The notes beneath the pieces were generated by a model. That model was not told the DNA's origin, ran no database searches, and saw nothing but the letters and a program-made list of their open reading frames with translations. A stretch of 64,000 nucleotides of DNA, taken from assembly GCA_045647245.1 (NCBI GenBank), contig JAZRMB010000025.1:12285-76284 (forward strand). Direction: 5' to 3'. A program made the translations under genes and the position numbers. This stretch comes from Clostridia bacterium (GTDB lineage: Bacteria; Bacillota; Clostridia; UBA1381). Shown here one piece after another: positions 1 through 7,649 of the stretch (its first letter is position 1; each line of letters opens with the position of its first letter).

Positions 1-150
1 ACCGAAACAACCTGTTTTAATAACTTTGATTTCTTTTTCAAGTCCGTTTGCTGCAAGCTGAGCTTCCATCTCTTTGATGATAGCTTCACAACCTGAAGAG
101 GTACAACCTGTACCGCCGCAACAAAGGACGTGAGATCTTACCATATCCAT
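1..150 (-). CDS. NuoF-like flavoprotein subunit of NADH-dependent [FeFe] hydrogenase, N-terminal fragment (gene runs off the left edge)
   Basis: Reverse strand from ATG at 150-148 reads MDMVRSHVLCCGGTGCTSSGCEAIIKEMEAQLAANGLEKEIKVIKTGCFG. This is a thioredoxin-like 2Fe-2S N-domain typical of HydB/NuoF-like subunits. It follows the 2Fe-2S and NuoE-like genes in the same operon. Confidence 0.6.
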   Translation of the reverse strand, partial: MDMVRSHVLCCGGTGCTSSGCEAIIKEMEAQLAANGLEKEIKVIKTGCFG

Positions 151-177
151 TGTATATGCTGTCCTTTCTATCGAATT

Positions 178-549
178 TTATTTCTCAGCTGCACCGATTG
201 TGTACTCGGTTACAACCTGCTTGTTTACAATGTGGTCTGCAACAACCTTTGCCACCTTTTCGGGAGTCATCTTAACGTATGTTACCTTCTCCTCGCCGGG
301 CATTAATATTTCAACGATAGGCTCTAAACGGCAAACACCGATACAGCCGGTCTGTGCAACCGATACATTTGAAAGATTACGCTTTGCAATCTCTTCAACG
401 AATGCACTCATTACCGGACGTGCACCTGCTGCAATACCGCAGGTAGCCATTCCTACTACAACTCTTACGCCGTCAGCATCTTCTGTACGGAGTGTAAGAT
501 TGCCGATTGTTCTGTTTCTGATTTCCTGCAATTCGGCAAGACTCTTCAT
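178..549 (-). CDS. thioredoxin-like [2Fe-2S] ferredoxin of the hydrogenase operon
   Basis: 123 aa with the ATCGIAAGA ... CIGVCRLEP Cys pattern of the NuoE/thioredoxin-like 2Fe-2S fold. Placed within the hydrogenase operon. Confidence 0.75.
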   Translation of the reverse strand: MKSLAELQEIRNRTIGNLTLRTEDADGVRVVVGMATCGIAAGARPVMSAFVEEIAKRNLSNVSVAQTGCIGVCRLEPIVEILMPGEEKVTYVKMTPEKVAKVVADHIVNKQVVTEYTIGAAEK

Positions 550-555
550 AACAAA

Positions 556-1113
556 TCATTCCTTTCCGTCATGTTTGTACAGTAAATCCTCATTTTCCTT
601 AAGGTACTCTAAAAGCCAGACCATAACCTCGTGGGTGGAAAGTGATACGCCGCCCAAAAGCTCTTTAACCTGTCTTGTGTCGAGCAAAAACTCGTTTGAG
701 TTCACCTTGTGAGTATAGAGGAAATCTGTGTTTTCATTCATAATAATCAACTGATGCATTGTTGATGCCATATCGCCAAGGGGCTGACGGTCAATGTGAG
801 ATAAGCCGAAGGTTGCACAAATTTTAGTGCCTTTTCCGACTTCAGATTCAATTGAAAGACAACCGCCCGTCATTTCAGCGGCAAGCTTCAAAAGCGGTAT
901 TCCGAGTCCGACACGGCGTGTGGTACGGCCTGTGGTAAATGGGTCTGTAACATTCTTCACCATATCCTCAGGCATTCCCTTTCCGTTGTCGGTAACCGTT
1001 ATTGTAAGCTCATCCGATTCGTTATCTTCGACTACGGCAACATCAATAAGCTTTGCACCTGCTGTGATAGAGTTCTGCACAATATCAAGTATGTGCAGTG
1101 ATAACTCCTCCAT
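556..1113 (-). CDS. histidine-kinase-like ATPase (HATPase_c) protein
   Basis: HILDIVQNSI, DNGKGMP and GLGIPLL motifs (N, G1, G2 boxes of GHKL ATPases). This is a common accessory gene in Clostridial hyd operons. Confidence 0.7.
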   Translation of the reverse strand: MEELSLHILDIVQNSITAGAKLIDVAVVEDNESDELTITVTDNGKGMPEDMVKNVTDPFTTGRTTRRVGLGIPLLKLAAEMTGGCLSIESEVGKGTKICATFGLSHIDRQPLGDMASTMHQLIIMNENTDFLYTHKVNSNEFLLDTRQVKELLGGVSLSTHEVMVWLLEYLKENEDLLYKHDGKE

Positions 1114-1115
1114 AA

Positions 1116-1604
1116 TTAATATTTTGCGAGTATTGCGCCGATTTCACCCTTTACGAGACGTCCGTAAACATCCTCGTTGATAGTTACAACCGGTGCGAGA
1201 CCGCATGCGCCGACACATCTTGTAGCCTCTAATGAGAACTTACCGTCGGGTGTACATTCGCCTACGTCGATTCCTAAAATCTGCTTGATTTCCTCCAAAA
1301 TGTCGCCTGAACCCTTAACGTAGCAAGCAGTACCGAGACATACGCCGATCTGATATGCACCCTTCGGATTCAATGAGAACTGTGTGTAGAAGGTAACAAT
1401 ACCGTAGATTTCAGCTAAGGGTACATCAAGACCCTCTGCAATCATTGTCTGAACCTCAATGGGGAGGTAGCCATAGATTTCCTGTGCCTTATGAAGTACG
1501 GGAATTGTAGCACCGTCTTGACCCTTGTGTTCAGCAATAACCTCCATCAGTTTTGCTTCCTGCTCTTTTGTGCCCTTAAATGGCAGTGTAGCGGTTTTTT
1601 CCAT
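1116..1604 (-). CDS. NuoE-like [2Fe-2S] subunit of NADH-dependent hydrogenase (HydC-type)
   Basis: 162 aa. Has the NuoE pattern GVCLGTACYVKG ... EATRCVGACGLAPV. RBS ggaggt lies upstream. Confidence 0.85.
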   Translation of the reverse strand: MEKTATLPFKGTKEQEAKLMEVIAEHKGQDGATIPVLHKAQEIYGYLPIEVQTMIAEGLDVPLAEIYGIVTFYTQFSLNPKGAYQIGVCLGTACYVKGSGDILEEIKQILGIDVGECTPDGKFSLEATRCVGACGLAPVVTINEDVYGRLVKGEIGAILAKY

Positions 1605-1626
1605 TTATAGACCTCCTGTCATTACT

Positions 1627-1666
1627 TATGTATATTTATACATAGTATATCTTTTACATTATATCA
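1627..1666 (-). promoter_or_regulatory. candidate extended -10 promoter plus palindromic operator ahead of the NuoE-like gene
   Basis: Minus-strand TGATATAAT (1666-1658) is followed by the perfect inverted repeat TATGTATA-tt-TATACATA (1627-1644), upstream of RBS/ATG at 1604. Confidence 0.3.
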
Positions 1667-1695
1667 TTAAATTTGACAAATTTCCATCAATCTTT

Positions 1696-2412
1696 TTAAA
1701 ATAAATTAAATTGGTTATTATTGCACAAAAAATCTATTACGGATTGTGCGGTTTTATGAGATAATTCAAGCGAATAATACCTCTCGGAAATATTTTCAAG
1801 ATAATGTGCGTCGGAATTGGTTATAATCTGAAAATCAGGGTATTTTTCCGACATAGCATTCCTTGCTTTTTCGGTAATTTCAAGCGTCGGTGTTTTTAGG
1901 TCGGGAGGGATAAAACCGAGGTTTGAAAGAATGGAATAACTGCTTCTGTCGATGTGAGCCGGAACGGCAATTCCTCCAAGCTCCCGGCAGATGGTTACAA
2001 CCTCGTAAATATCAAGTCCCGAGGCTCTTACGAGCATATTTTTCTCCACACCAATAACCTCATCCTGTGCATTCATATAAAGCTGCCTTCCGAAAATCTC
2101 GGGGCGGTTTTCAATGAAGGGAGTACTGTTTTTTACAGCCTTTTCCATCTTTTCTGCCGCTTCGACATCGGGAAAGTAGCATACAACGTGAACCTCCTCT
2201 GAGGTCTCGACCTCAAGCCCCGGAATTACAAGTATATTATCACCCGCAGCCTCCATAACAGCCCGGCAGTTTCCTGCGGTATTATGGTCTGTTATTGCTA
2301 TCATATCAAGTTCCTTTAAAAGGGACATATTAACAATATTGTTGGGTGTCATATCGTCATCTCCGCAGGGGGAGAGGGCGGTGTGTATATGAAAATCATA
2401 GTAAAGCTTTAT
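1696..2412 (-). CDS. PHP-domain metal-dependent phosphoesterase, probable non-ATG (ATA) start
   Basis: The ORF track starts at Met 2352. The frame stays open upstream as I-KLYYDFHIHTALSPCGDDD-MTPNN, which contains the HxH metal motif of PHP domains. The codon at 2412-2410 is ATA, preceded by TAA-ACC and a ggagg RBS about 9 nt upstream. Confidence 0.7.
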   Translation of the reverse strand: MKLYYDFHIHTALSPCGDDDMTPNNIVNMSLLKELDMIAITDHNTAGNCRAVMEAAGDNILVIPGLEVETSEEVHVVCYFPDVEAAEKMEKAVKNSTPFIENRPEIFGRQLYMNAQDEVIGVEKNMLVRASGLDIYEVVTICRELGGIAVPAHIDRSSYSILSNLGFIPPDLKTPTLEITEKARNAMSEKYPDFQIITNSDAHYLENISERYYSLELSHKTAQSVIDFLCNNNQFNLF

Positions 2413-2425
2413 GGTTTATCGCCTC

Positions 2426-2758
2426 CTATATTCCGAGCTTTGAAAGTAATACTGCAAGCTCATAAGCTGATTTATCGCTCACTAAAAGCGGAACGCCTTC
2501 GATATTAGCTTTCTTTTTTGCGTTTTCATCAGGCTCTTGCGAGGCGCAAAGTATTACGCACGCACCTTCTGTAAGAACTGAAACTGCGACGATATTCACG
2601 CTTGTTTGTATGGTAATCCAGACATTTGATTTTTGAATACTGCTCATTGCAAGGCTTAATAAGTCGCCTATATAGCATCCCGAAACATCGAAGTCAAGAC
2701 CGTCCTCGCCTGCCTTTACGGTGAGAGAAAGCTCCTTCACCAAGTCTCTTACTGTCAC
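2426..2758 (-). CDS. DRTGG domain protein
   Basis: 110 aa; YIGDLLS...VWITIQT...VAVSVL pattern resembles DRTGG domains in hydrogenase regulatory clusters. Only gene in the window ending in TAG. Confidence 0.6.
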   Translation of the reverse strand: MTVRDLVKELSLTVKAGEDGLDFDVSGCYIGDLLSLAMSSIQKSNVWITIQTSVNIVAVSVLTEGACVILCASQEPDENAKKKANIEGVPLLVSDKSAYELAVLLSKLGI

Positions 2759-4059
2759 TCGGTATCACTCCTTTCAACATCCTCTTTTAACTGTTCATAT
2801 TTTGTCTTTAGCTCAAGCATATGCTCCTTCAGAATGAAAATACAATCGTCGGGGTGTGCATAGCCTTTTATAACATCCTCTGCAAAACAGCTGCAGCTTG
2901 GTGAACCGCAGGAGCCGCAATCAAGACCGGGAAGCTTTTCGGCGAATTCGTCGATTTTTAAAATCATTTCCATCGCTCGCTTCATATCGGTGTTGAGCTT
3001 CATCACAGGGCGGTAAACCACCGTTTTATCCCAGTCGGAATTTATGTCGCTATCAACGCTTTTGCCTGTCTCTTTAAGAGATTTTGCAAGGGCTGTAAGG
3101 CGTGAACGTGCGACAAAATTATTCTCGGCTGTAAGAGGTCCTCCCACACAGCCGCCGGGGCAGGCAAGAGCCTCTATGTAATCAATGTCGAACAGCTTGT
3201 CATCTTCGACATCTTCCAAAACACGTATTACATTATCAATTCCGTCCACCGAAACGGTACGCTCGGTGTGTGTGGCATTTGCTTCGCCGCCCGAGACTGC
3301 CCATAGGACACTCTCTCTTCCGGCGATACTTTTCACATCAATGTCATCTTCTGTCATTCTGCCGATTTGCTGTGCCATTTTGAGATATATCTCCTTCATT
3401 GACACTACAAAATCCACATCCGTTTTCCCGTCCGCTTTTTCAATACGAACCTCGGTAGCCTTTGATGCACAAGGGCTTATGAAAACTATTGCAATTTCTT
3501 CAGGCTTTAATCCTGTTTTCTTAACAGCCTCGCGGCGTGCCATGGATGCTGCAAGCTCCATGGGAGCCTTCAAAGGAATTATATGGTCGATAAGCTGTGG
3601 GAATCGTATTGTTATGAGCTTTACAACGGCAGGGCAGGCCGAGGAGATGATAGGCTTTTTCAAAGCACCGCTCTTTAAAAGCTCTCTTGTTTTTTCACTT
3701 ATTGCCTGTGCTCCGCGTGCAACGTCAAATACATCGTCAAAGCCTATTTTTAAAACTGCCGATAAAATCATTTCAATGCTTTCTGCACGTGAAAACTGTC
3801 CGTAAAATGCTGGTGCAACAAGTGCAACCTTGTATTTATAATCCTTGTAGGCATCCATGCTGTCTGTGACTGCTTTTTTTGCACGATAGGGGCATACCCT
3901 AACACATTCGCCGCAGTCAATGCATCGTTCTTTTAATATTTTTGCCTTTGAATTCTGAACACGGATAGCCTGGGTGGGACAGTTTTTAAGACAGTTGGTA
4001 CAGCCCTTACACATATCCTTCTCAAGAGTGACCGAATGCCAATATAGTTTCTCGTCCAA
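2755..4059 (-). CDS. [FeFe]-hydrogenase-like H-cluster protein, putative sensory type
   Basis: N-terminal 2x[4Fe-4S] ferredoxin motifs (CKGCTNCLKNCP, CIDCGECVRVCP). H-cluster motifs are SSACPAV, ISPCASKATE and LACPGGCVGGP. A C-terminal CGSCGSPSCSC Fe-S domain is present. Confidence 0.8.
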   Translation of the reverse strand: MDEKLYWHSVTLEKDMCKGCTNCLKNCPTQAIRVQNSKAKILKERCIDCGECVRVCPYRAKKAVTDSMDAYKDYKYKVALVAPAFYGQFSRAESIEMILSAVLKIGFDDVFDVARGAQAISEKTRELLKSGALKKPIISSACPAVVKLITIRFPQLIDHIIPLKAPMELAASMARREAVKKTGLKPEEIAIVFISPCASKATEVRIEKADGKTDVDFVVSMKEIYLKMAQQIGRMTEDDIDVKSIAGRESVLWAVSGGEANATHTERTVSVDGIDNVIRVLEDVEDDKLFDIDYIEALACPGGCVGGPLTAENNFVARSRLTALAKSLKETGKSVDSDINSDWDKTVVYRPVMKLNTDMKRAMEMILKIDEFAEKLPGLDCGSCGSPSCSCFAEDVIKGYAHPDDCIFILKEHMLELKTKYEQLKEDVERSDTE

Positions 4060-4077
4060 AGAATCACCCCCCCGGTT

Positions 4078-4500
4078 TTAAACATTAACTGTCAGAGTAA
4101 CCGTTGTACCTACTCCGGCAACGGTGTCTATTTGCATATCATCAGTATATTTTTTCATATTGGGAAGCCCCATTCCCGCGCCGAAGCCAAGCTCCCGTAC
4201 GGTGTTTGAAGCTGTTGAAAAGCCTTCCTGCATTGCCTTTTCGATGTCGGGAATACCAGGGCCTGAATCCTTCAAAACGGCAACAATTTTCTCCGGCGAA
4301 ATTTCAACATCAATGGTACCGCCGTTTGCGTGAATGACCATATTGATTTCGCCCTCGTACATTGCAATTGCAACTCTGCGTATCACCTCGGGCTCAAAGC
4401 CGAGCTTTTTTAACGTCTTTTTAACCTTGGATGAACATTCGCCTGCAACTGTAAAATCGGTGCCGTCAACGGTAAAGCTGAGATTGAGAATATCTGCCAT
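4078..4500 (-). CDS. anti-sigma-factor-like serine kinase (HATPase_c, RsbW/SpoIIAB family)
   Basis: 140 aa. MYEGEINMVIHANGG and DSGPGIPDIEKAM ... GFGAGMGLPNM are GHKL motifs. Confidence 0.7.
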   Translation of the reverse strand: MADILNLSFTVDGTDFTVAGECSSKVKKTLKKLGFEPEVIRRVAIAMYEGEINMVIHANGGTIDVEISPEKIVAVLKDSGPGIPDIEKAMQEGFSTASNTVRELGFGAGMGLPNMKKYTDDMQIDTVAGVGTTVTLTVNV

Positions 4501-4856
4501 TAATTAATCCCCCTCTTTTTACCGATTAGTCCGTTTGAATATAAAAGACCTGATGCAATATAAAGGTGATGTTCTGTTGTCATCAGCACCATATCCTTTG
4601 CTTTTGCCATTTCTACAAGACTTTCGTCGGGACGTTTTCCTCTTACGAATACGATAGCTGTTATATCCAGCATCTCTGCGGTGCGGATAACCTGCGGATT
4701 CATAAGACCGGTAAGAAGAAGTGCGTTATCCTTGACAAATGCAAGCACATCACTCATTAAATCTGAGCCGAATGCAGAGTCAACCTCTTGCTCAAGAAGG
4801 TCTCCTCCCGAAAGCACTTCTGCGCCGAGAATGTCTTTTACCTCACTTAATTTCAT
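4500..4856 (-). CDS. DRTGG domain protein
   Basis: 118 aa; GSDLMSDVL ... LLLTGL ... IVFVRGKRP pattern. Its stop overlaps the start of the downstream kinase gene. Confidence 0.6.
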   Translation of the reverse strand: MKLSEVKDILGAEVLSGGDLLEQEVDSAFGSDLMSDVLAFVKDNALLLTGLMNPQVIRTAEMLDITAIVFVRGKRPDESLVEMAKAKDMVLMTTEHHLYIASGLLYSNGLIGKKRGIN

Positions 4857-4985
4857 ATGCTCATTCCTTTCCCGGATAAATTTTTACCATATCACTTCGA
4901 TTATTACAATTATACAATAAAAAAGCAAAAATATCAATAGCTTTGTTAAAATAGCTACAAATTTCCTTGAAAAATAAAAAACTGT

Positions 4986-5022
4986 AAAAAAATTCACCCC
5001 ACATTCCTTTGGGAAGTGGGGC
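4986..5022 (-). terminator. rho-independent terminator of hpt
   Basis: The minus-strand transcript forms cgccccac-loop-gtggggtg followed by a U-tract (aaaaaaa at 4986-4992 on the plus strand). Confidence 0.6.
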
Positions 5023-5057
5023 GATTGCTTTGTAGTTTTTTTGATTATAAATTTTAA

Positions 5058-5594
5058 TCAGCTATACACCGATTCATCCAAAATGCCTATGTACGGAAGA
5101 TTTCTGTATCTTTCGGCGTAATCAAGACCATAACCTACAACGAACTCATTAGGGATAACCTTTCCGGAATAATCGGGATTGACATCAACTTCGCGACGTT
5201 CGGGCTTGTCAAGAAGTGTGCAGATTTTTACACTGTTTGCATTTCTGTTGGCAAGAAGTGATTTGAGTTTGGAAAGTGTATTTCCGCTGTCTATAATATC
5301 TTCAATAATCAGCACGTCGAGTCCGGATAAGTCGTCAAGTGTGTCCAAAGAAAGGCTGACAACACCTGATGATACAGATGCGTTAGCATAACTTGACACC
5401 TTCATAAAATCGAGAGTTACCGGCATATTGAGCTTTTTCAAAAGGTCGGATGCGAAAAACATACTGCCCTTTAATATGACTATTGCAAACAAAGGCTTTC
5501 CCTCAAAATCGCGGTTAATTTCATCTGCAAGGCGTGTTACAACCTTTGAAATCTCTTCCTCTGTCATCAAAACTGCTTTTAAATCCTTATGCAT
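5058..5594 (-). CDS. hpt: hypoxanthine phosphoribosyltransferase
   Basis: 178 aa; PRPP-binding motif VLIIEDIIDSGNTL and the C-terminal FVVGYGLDYAERYRNLPYIG signature. Confidence 0.92.
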   Translation of the reverse strand: MHKDLKAVLMTEEEISKVVTRLADEINRDFEGKPLFAIVILKGSMFFASDLLKKLNMPVTLDFMKVSSYANASVSSGVVSLSLDTLDDLSGLDVLIIEDIIDSGNTLSKLKSLLANRNANSVKICTLLDKPERREVDVNPDYSGKVIPNEFVVGYGLDYAERYRNLPYIGILDESVYS

Positions 5595-5635
5595 AGCCTT
5601 CTCCTTTTCTGCATTTTTTCTTATGCACTTTAATT

Positions 5636-6151
5636 TTATATATTGTCAATGAAATTCTTTATGATTCTTTTTCCGTCCGGGGTGAGACCGGAGGAAAGAT
5701 GAAAGTTTACGGCGTATATTCCGGCTTCCTCTGATGCGAAGGCGATAATTTCGCCTGTTTCGGCACGTGCCGTACAATCAAATCCGCCTGTCAGTGCCGC
5801 AGGAATCAATACCGTCGGATTGCCTCGGCAAATTTTAATCACCGTTTCAAGCCCTTTGAAAACAGGGGAGGTGGTGTCGAGTATTGCAAATTCCTGCTTT
5901 CCCTCGCTGCAGGTCTCACAATTTTCAAATCGTAGCTGACAAGCCGATGCAACTGCGTTGTGTCCGCCGAGTATTCCTAATACGGGAAGGTTTATAAGCG
6001 TTGCCGCCCTTACTGCCGAAACCGCCTGGTCGGAGGAGTCACACACAATTAACTTGTCTGCCGCTTCTATGCCGATATCGTATGTGACATCGGGAGTAAT
6101 CGTCGAAATAAAGTCATATATTTCCTTATCTCCTATAAAAAGTATCATCAA
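5636..6151 (-). CDS. class I glutamine-amidotransferase-like protein lacking the nucleophile Cys
   Basis: PVLGILGGHNAV aligns with the GATase1 motif P-LGIC-G-Q, with Leu at the Cys position. AVNFHLS aligns with GVQFHPE. Confidence 0.5.
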   Translation of the reverse strand: MMILFIGDKEIYDFISTITPDVTYDIGIEAADKLIVCDSSDQAVSAVRAATLINLPVLGILGGHNAVASACQLRFENCETCSEGKQEFAILDTTSPVFKGLETVIKICRGNPTVLIPAALTGGFDCTARAETGEIIAFASEEAGIYAVNFHLSSGLTPDGKRIIKNFIDNI

Positions 6152-6420
6152 GTTGCCTCCTTTTCAGAGATAATACTTGCAAAATATTATGTAATATGCT
6201 ATAATTTAAAGGTAATATTATATAGTAATTTAATATAGATATATAAAGGGATTATACATCAAACTCTGACAATTTTCAAGAGTATTTTATTATTTTTGTC
6301 GTTTTTTTATATAAAAATGATGTGTGATTCTTACCGTAACGCATATTTGCAAATTTGGTTTGAGGAGTTTCTTCCTATTTATAATGCCGTTACAATAATT
6401 TAAAGGAGAGTATAATTCGT

Positions 6421-7536
6421 ATGAAGGTTTTGTTAATATCCGTAAAGGCAGGATACGGACATCATTCGACGGCTCAGGCGATTATGGATTGTCTGGCTGA
6501 GCGTGGGATAGAGTGCAGTATGCTCGATACGTTTGATTATATAAATACGGTTTTGTGCGAATCCATAGACAAAGGATATATGTTTGCAACGAAAAATTTT
6601 CCCGAAACCTATGGTAAAGCATACTCCTATCTTGACAAAAGGGTGGAAAGATATAAGCCCTCATCGCCTATTGCGCTTCTGTCAAAAATAGTGTCGCACA
6701 AATTGAAGGACTACATAATGGACTTTGCACCCGATATTATCATAGGAACACACAGCTATGCGTGTATGGTTATGACATATCTGAAGGAAAAGGGCGACAT
6801 AATCTGTCCGACTATCGGAATAGTTACCGATTTTACCGTTCATCCGTTCTGGGAAAGCACAAATGTTGATTACTATGTGACGGCGGATTCTCTTTTGGAT
6901 AACCAGATGAAAAAGAAGGGAATACCGCAGGAGAAAATTCTGCCATTTGGTATTCCGATTAAAAATAAATTCAGAAACAAAATTCCGAAAGAGGAAGCAA
7001 GAAGTATTTTAAAGCTCGATAATAAAAAAACCGTACTTATAATGATGGGTTCGATGGGCTTTGGAAATCTTGAAAAACAGCTTGAAGCGATTGACAGCCT
7101 TGATATGGATTTTCAGGTGTTGTGCGTTTGCGGTAAGAATGAAAAGGTGAAAAAAGAAATCGATAAGCACATATGGAATAAAAAGATTATTACATACGGA
7201 TTTGTAGATAATGTGGACGTTTTAATGGATGCATCAGACTGTATCATCACAAAACCCGGCGGACTTACAACGTCGGAGCTTCTGGCAAAGAGGCTTCCTG
7301 CCATAATCATGAATCCGATTCCCGGACAGGAGGACCGCAATATGGACTTCCTTGTAAATAACGGAGCGGCTATTATGGCGAATGATATATTCGGTGTAGA
7401 TGAAGCTTTGTTTGAAATTTTCAGCCACAAATGGAGACTCAGGCTCTTAAAGCTTTCTGTAACAAGGCTTGGTAAGCCTCATTCAACGATAAATCTTTGT
7501 GATTTTATGGAAAGATTGGTAGAAAAGGGACACTAA
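6421..7536 (+). CDS. diacylglycerol glycosyltransferase (MGDG synthase / UgtP-like, GT28 family)
   Basis: 371 aa. N-terminal KAGYGHHSTAQAI and C-terminal ITKPGGLTTSELLAKRLP ... PGQEDRN motifs are typical of the MGDG-synthase/GT28 family. Confidence 0.8.
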   Translation: MKVLLISVKAGYGHHSTAQAIMDCLAERGIECSMLDTFDYINTVLCESIDKGYMFATKNFPETYGKAYSYLDKRVERYKPSSPIALLSKIVSHKLKDYIMDFAPDIIIGTHSYACMVMTYLKEKGDIICPTIGIVTDFTVHPFWESTNVDYYVTADSLLDNQMKKKGIPQEKILPFGIPIKNKFRNKIPKEEARSILKLDNKKTVLIMMGSMGFGNLEKQLEAIDSLDMDFQVLCVCGKNEKVKKEIDKHIWNKKIITYGFVDNVDVLMDASDCIITKPGGLTTSELLAKRLPAIIMNPIPGQEDRNMDFLVNNGAAIMANDIFGVDEALFEIFSHKWRLRLLKLSVTRLGKPHSTINLCDFMERLVEKGH

Positions 7537-7554
7537 AAAATTTTATCATAACTA

Positions 7555-7583
7555 TTTACAAAACCAAAAAAAAGATATATAAT
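7555..7583 (+). promoter_or_regulatory. candidate sigma-A promoter of the BMC operon
   Basis: TTTACA (7555-7560), 17 nt spacer, TATAAT (7578-7583), about 65 nt upstream of the aldolase ATG. Confidence 0.4.
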
Positions 7584-7649
7584 AAAAGCAAAACCAAGAA
7601 AAACAAAATAAAACCAAAAGAAAAACAAAATTTTACGGGAGGTAAAGAT

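Noticed and set aside
200-712. Long antisense ORFs in the six-frame track. Examples are 200-712 +, 3185-3805 +, 9196-9732 -, 11962-12468 -, 22052-22474 -, 23351-23794 -, 46729-47121 - and 58486-59157 -.
   Set aside because: Each lies entirely opposite a gene with clear family motifs. They have Ser/Pro/Thr/Ile-rich shadow-frame composition and no RBS or recognisable domain. I treated them as mirror ORFs.
5636-6151. GATase-like protein with Leu in place of the catalytic Cys, considered as a possible pseudoenzyme of interest.
   Set aside because: The alignment was done by eye to a short consensus only. Divergent members of this fold are common and there is no informative context beyond hpt. I recorded it as a feature but did not pursue it.
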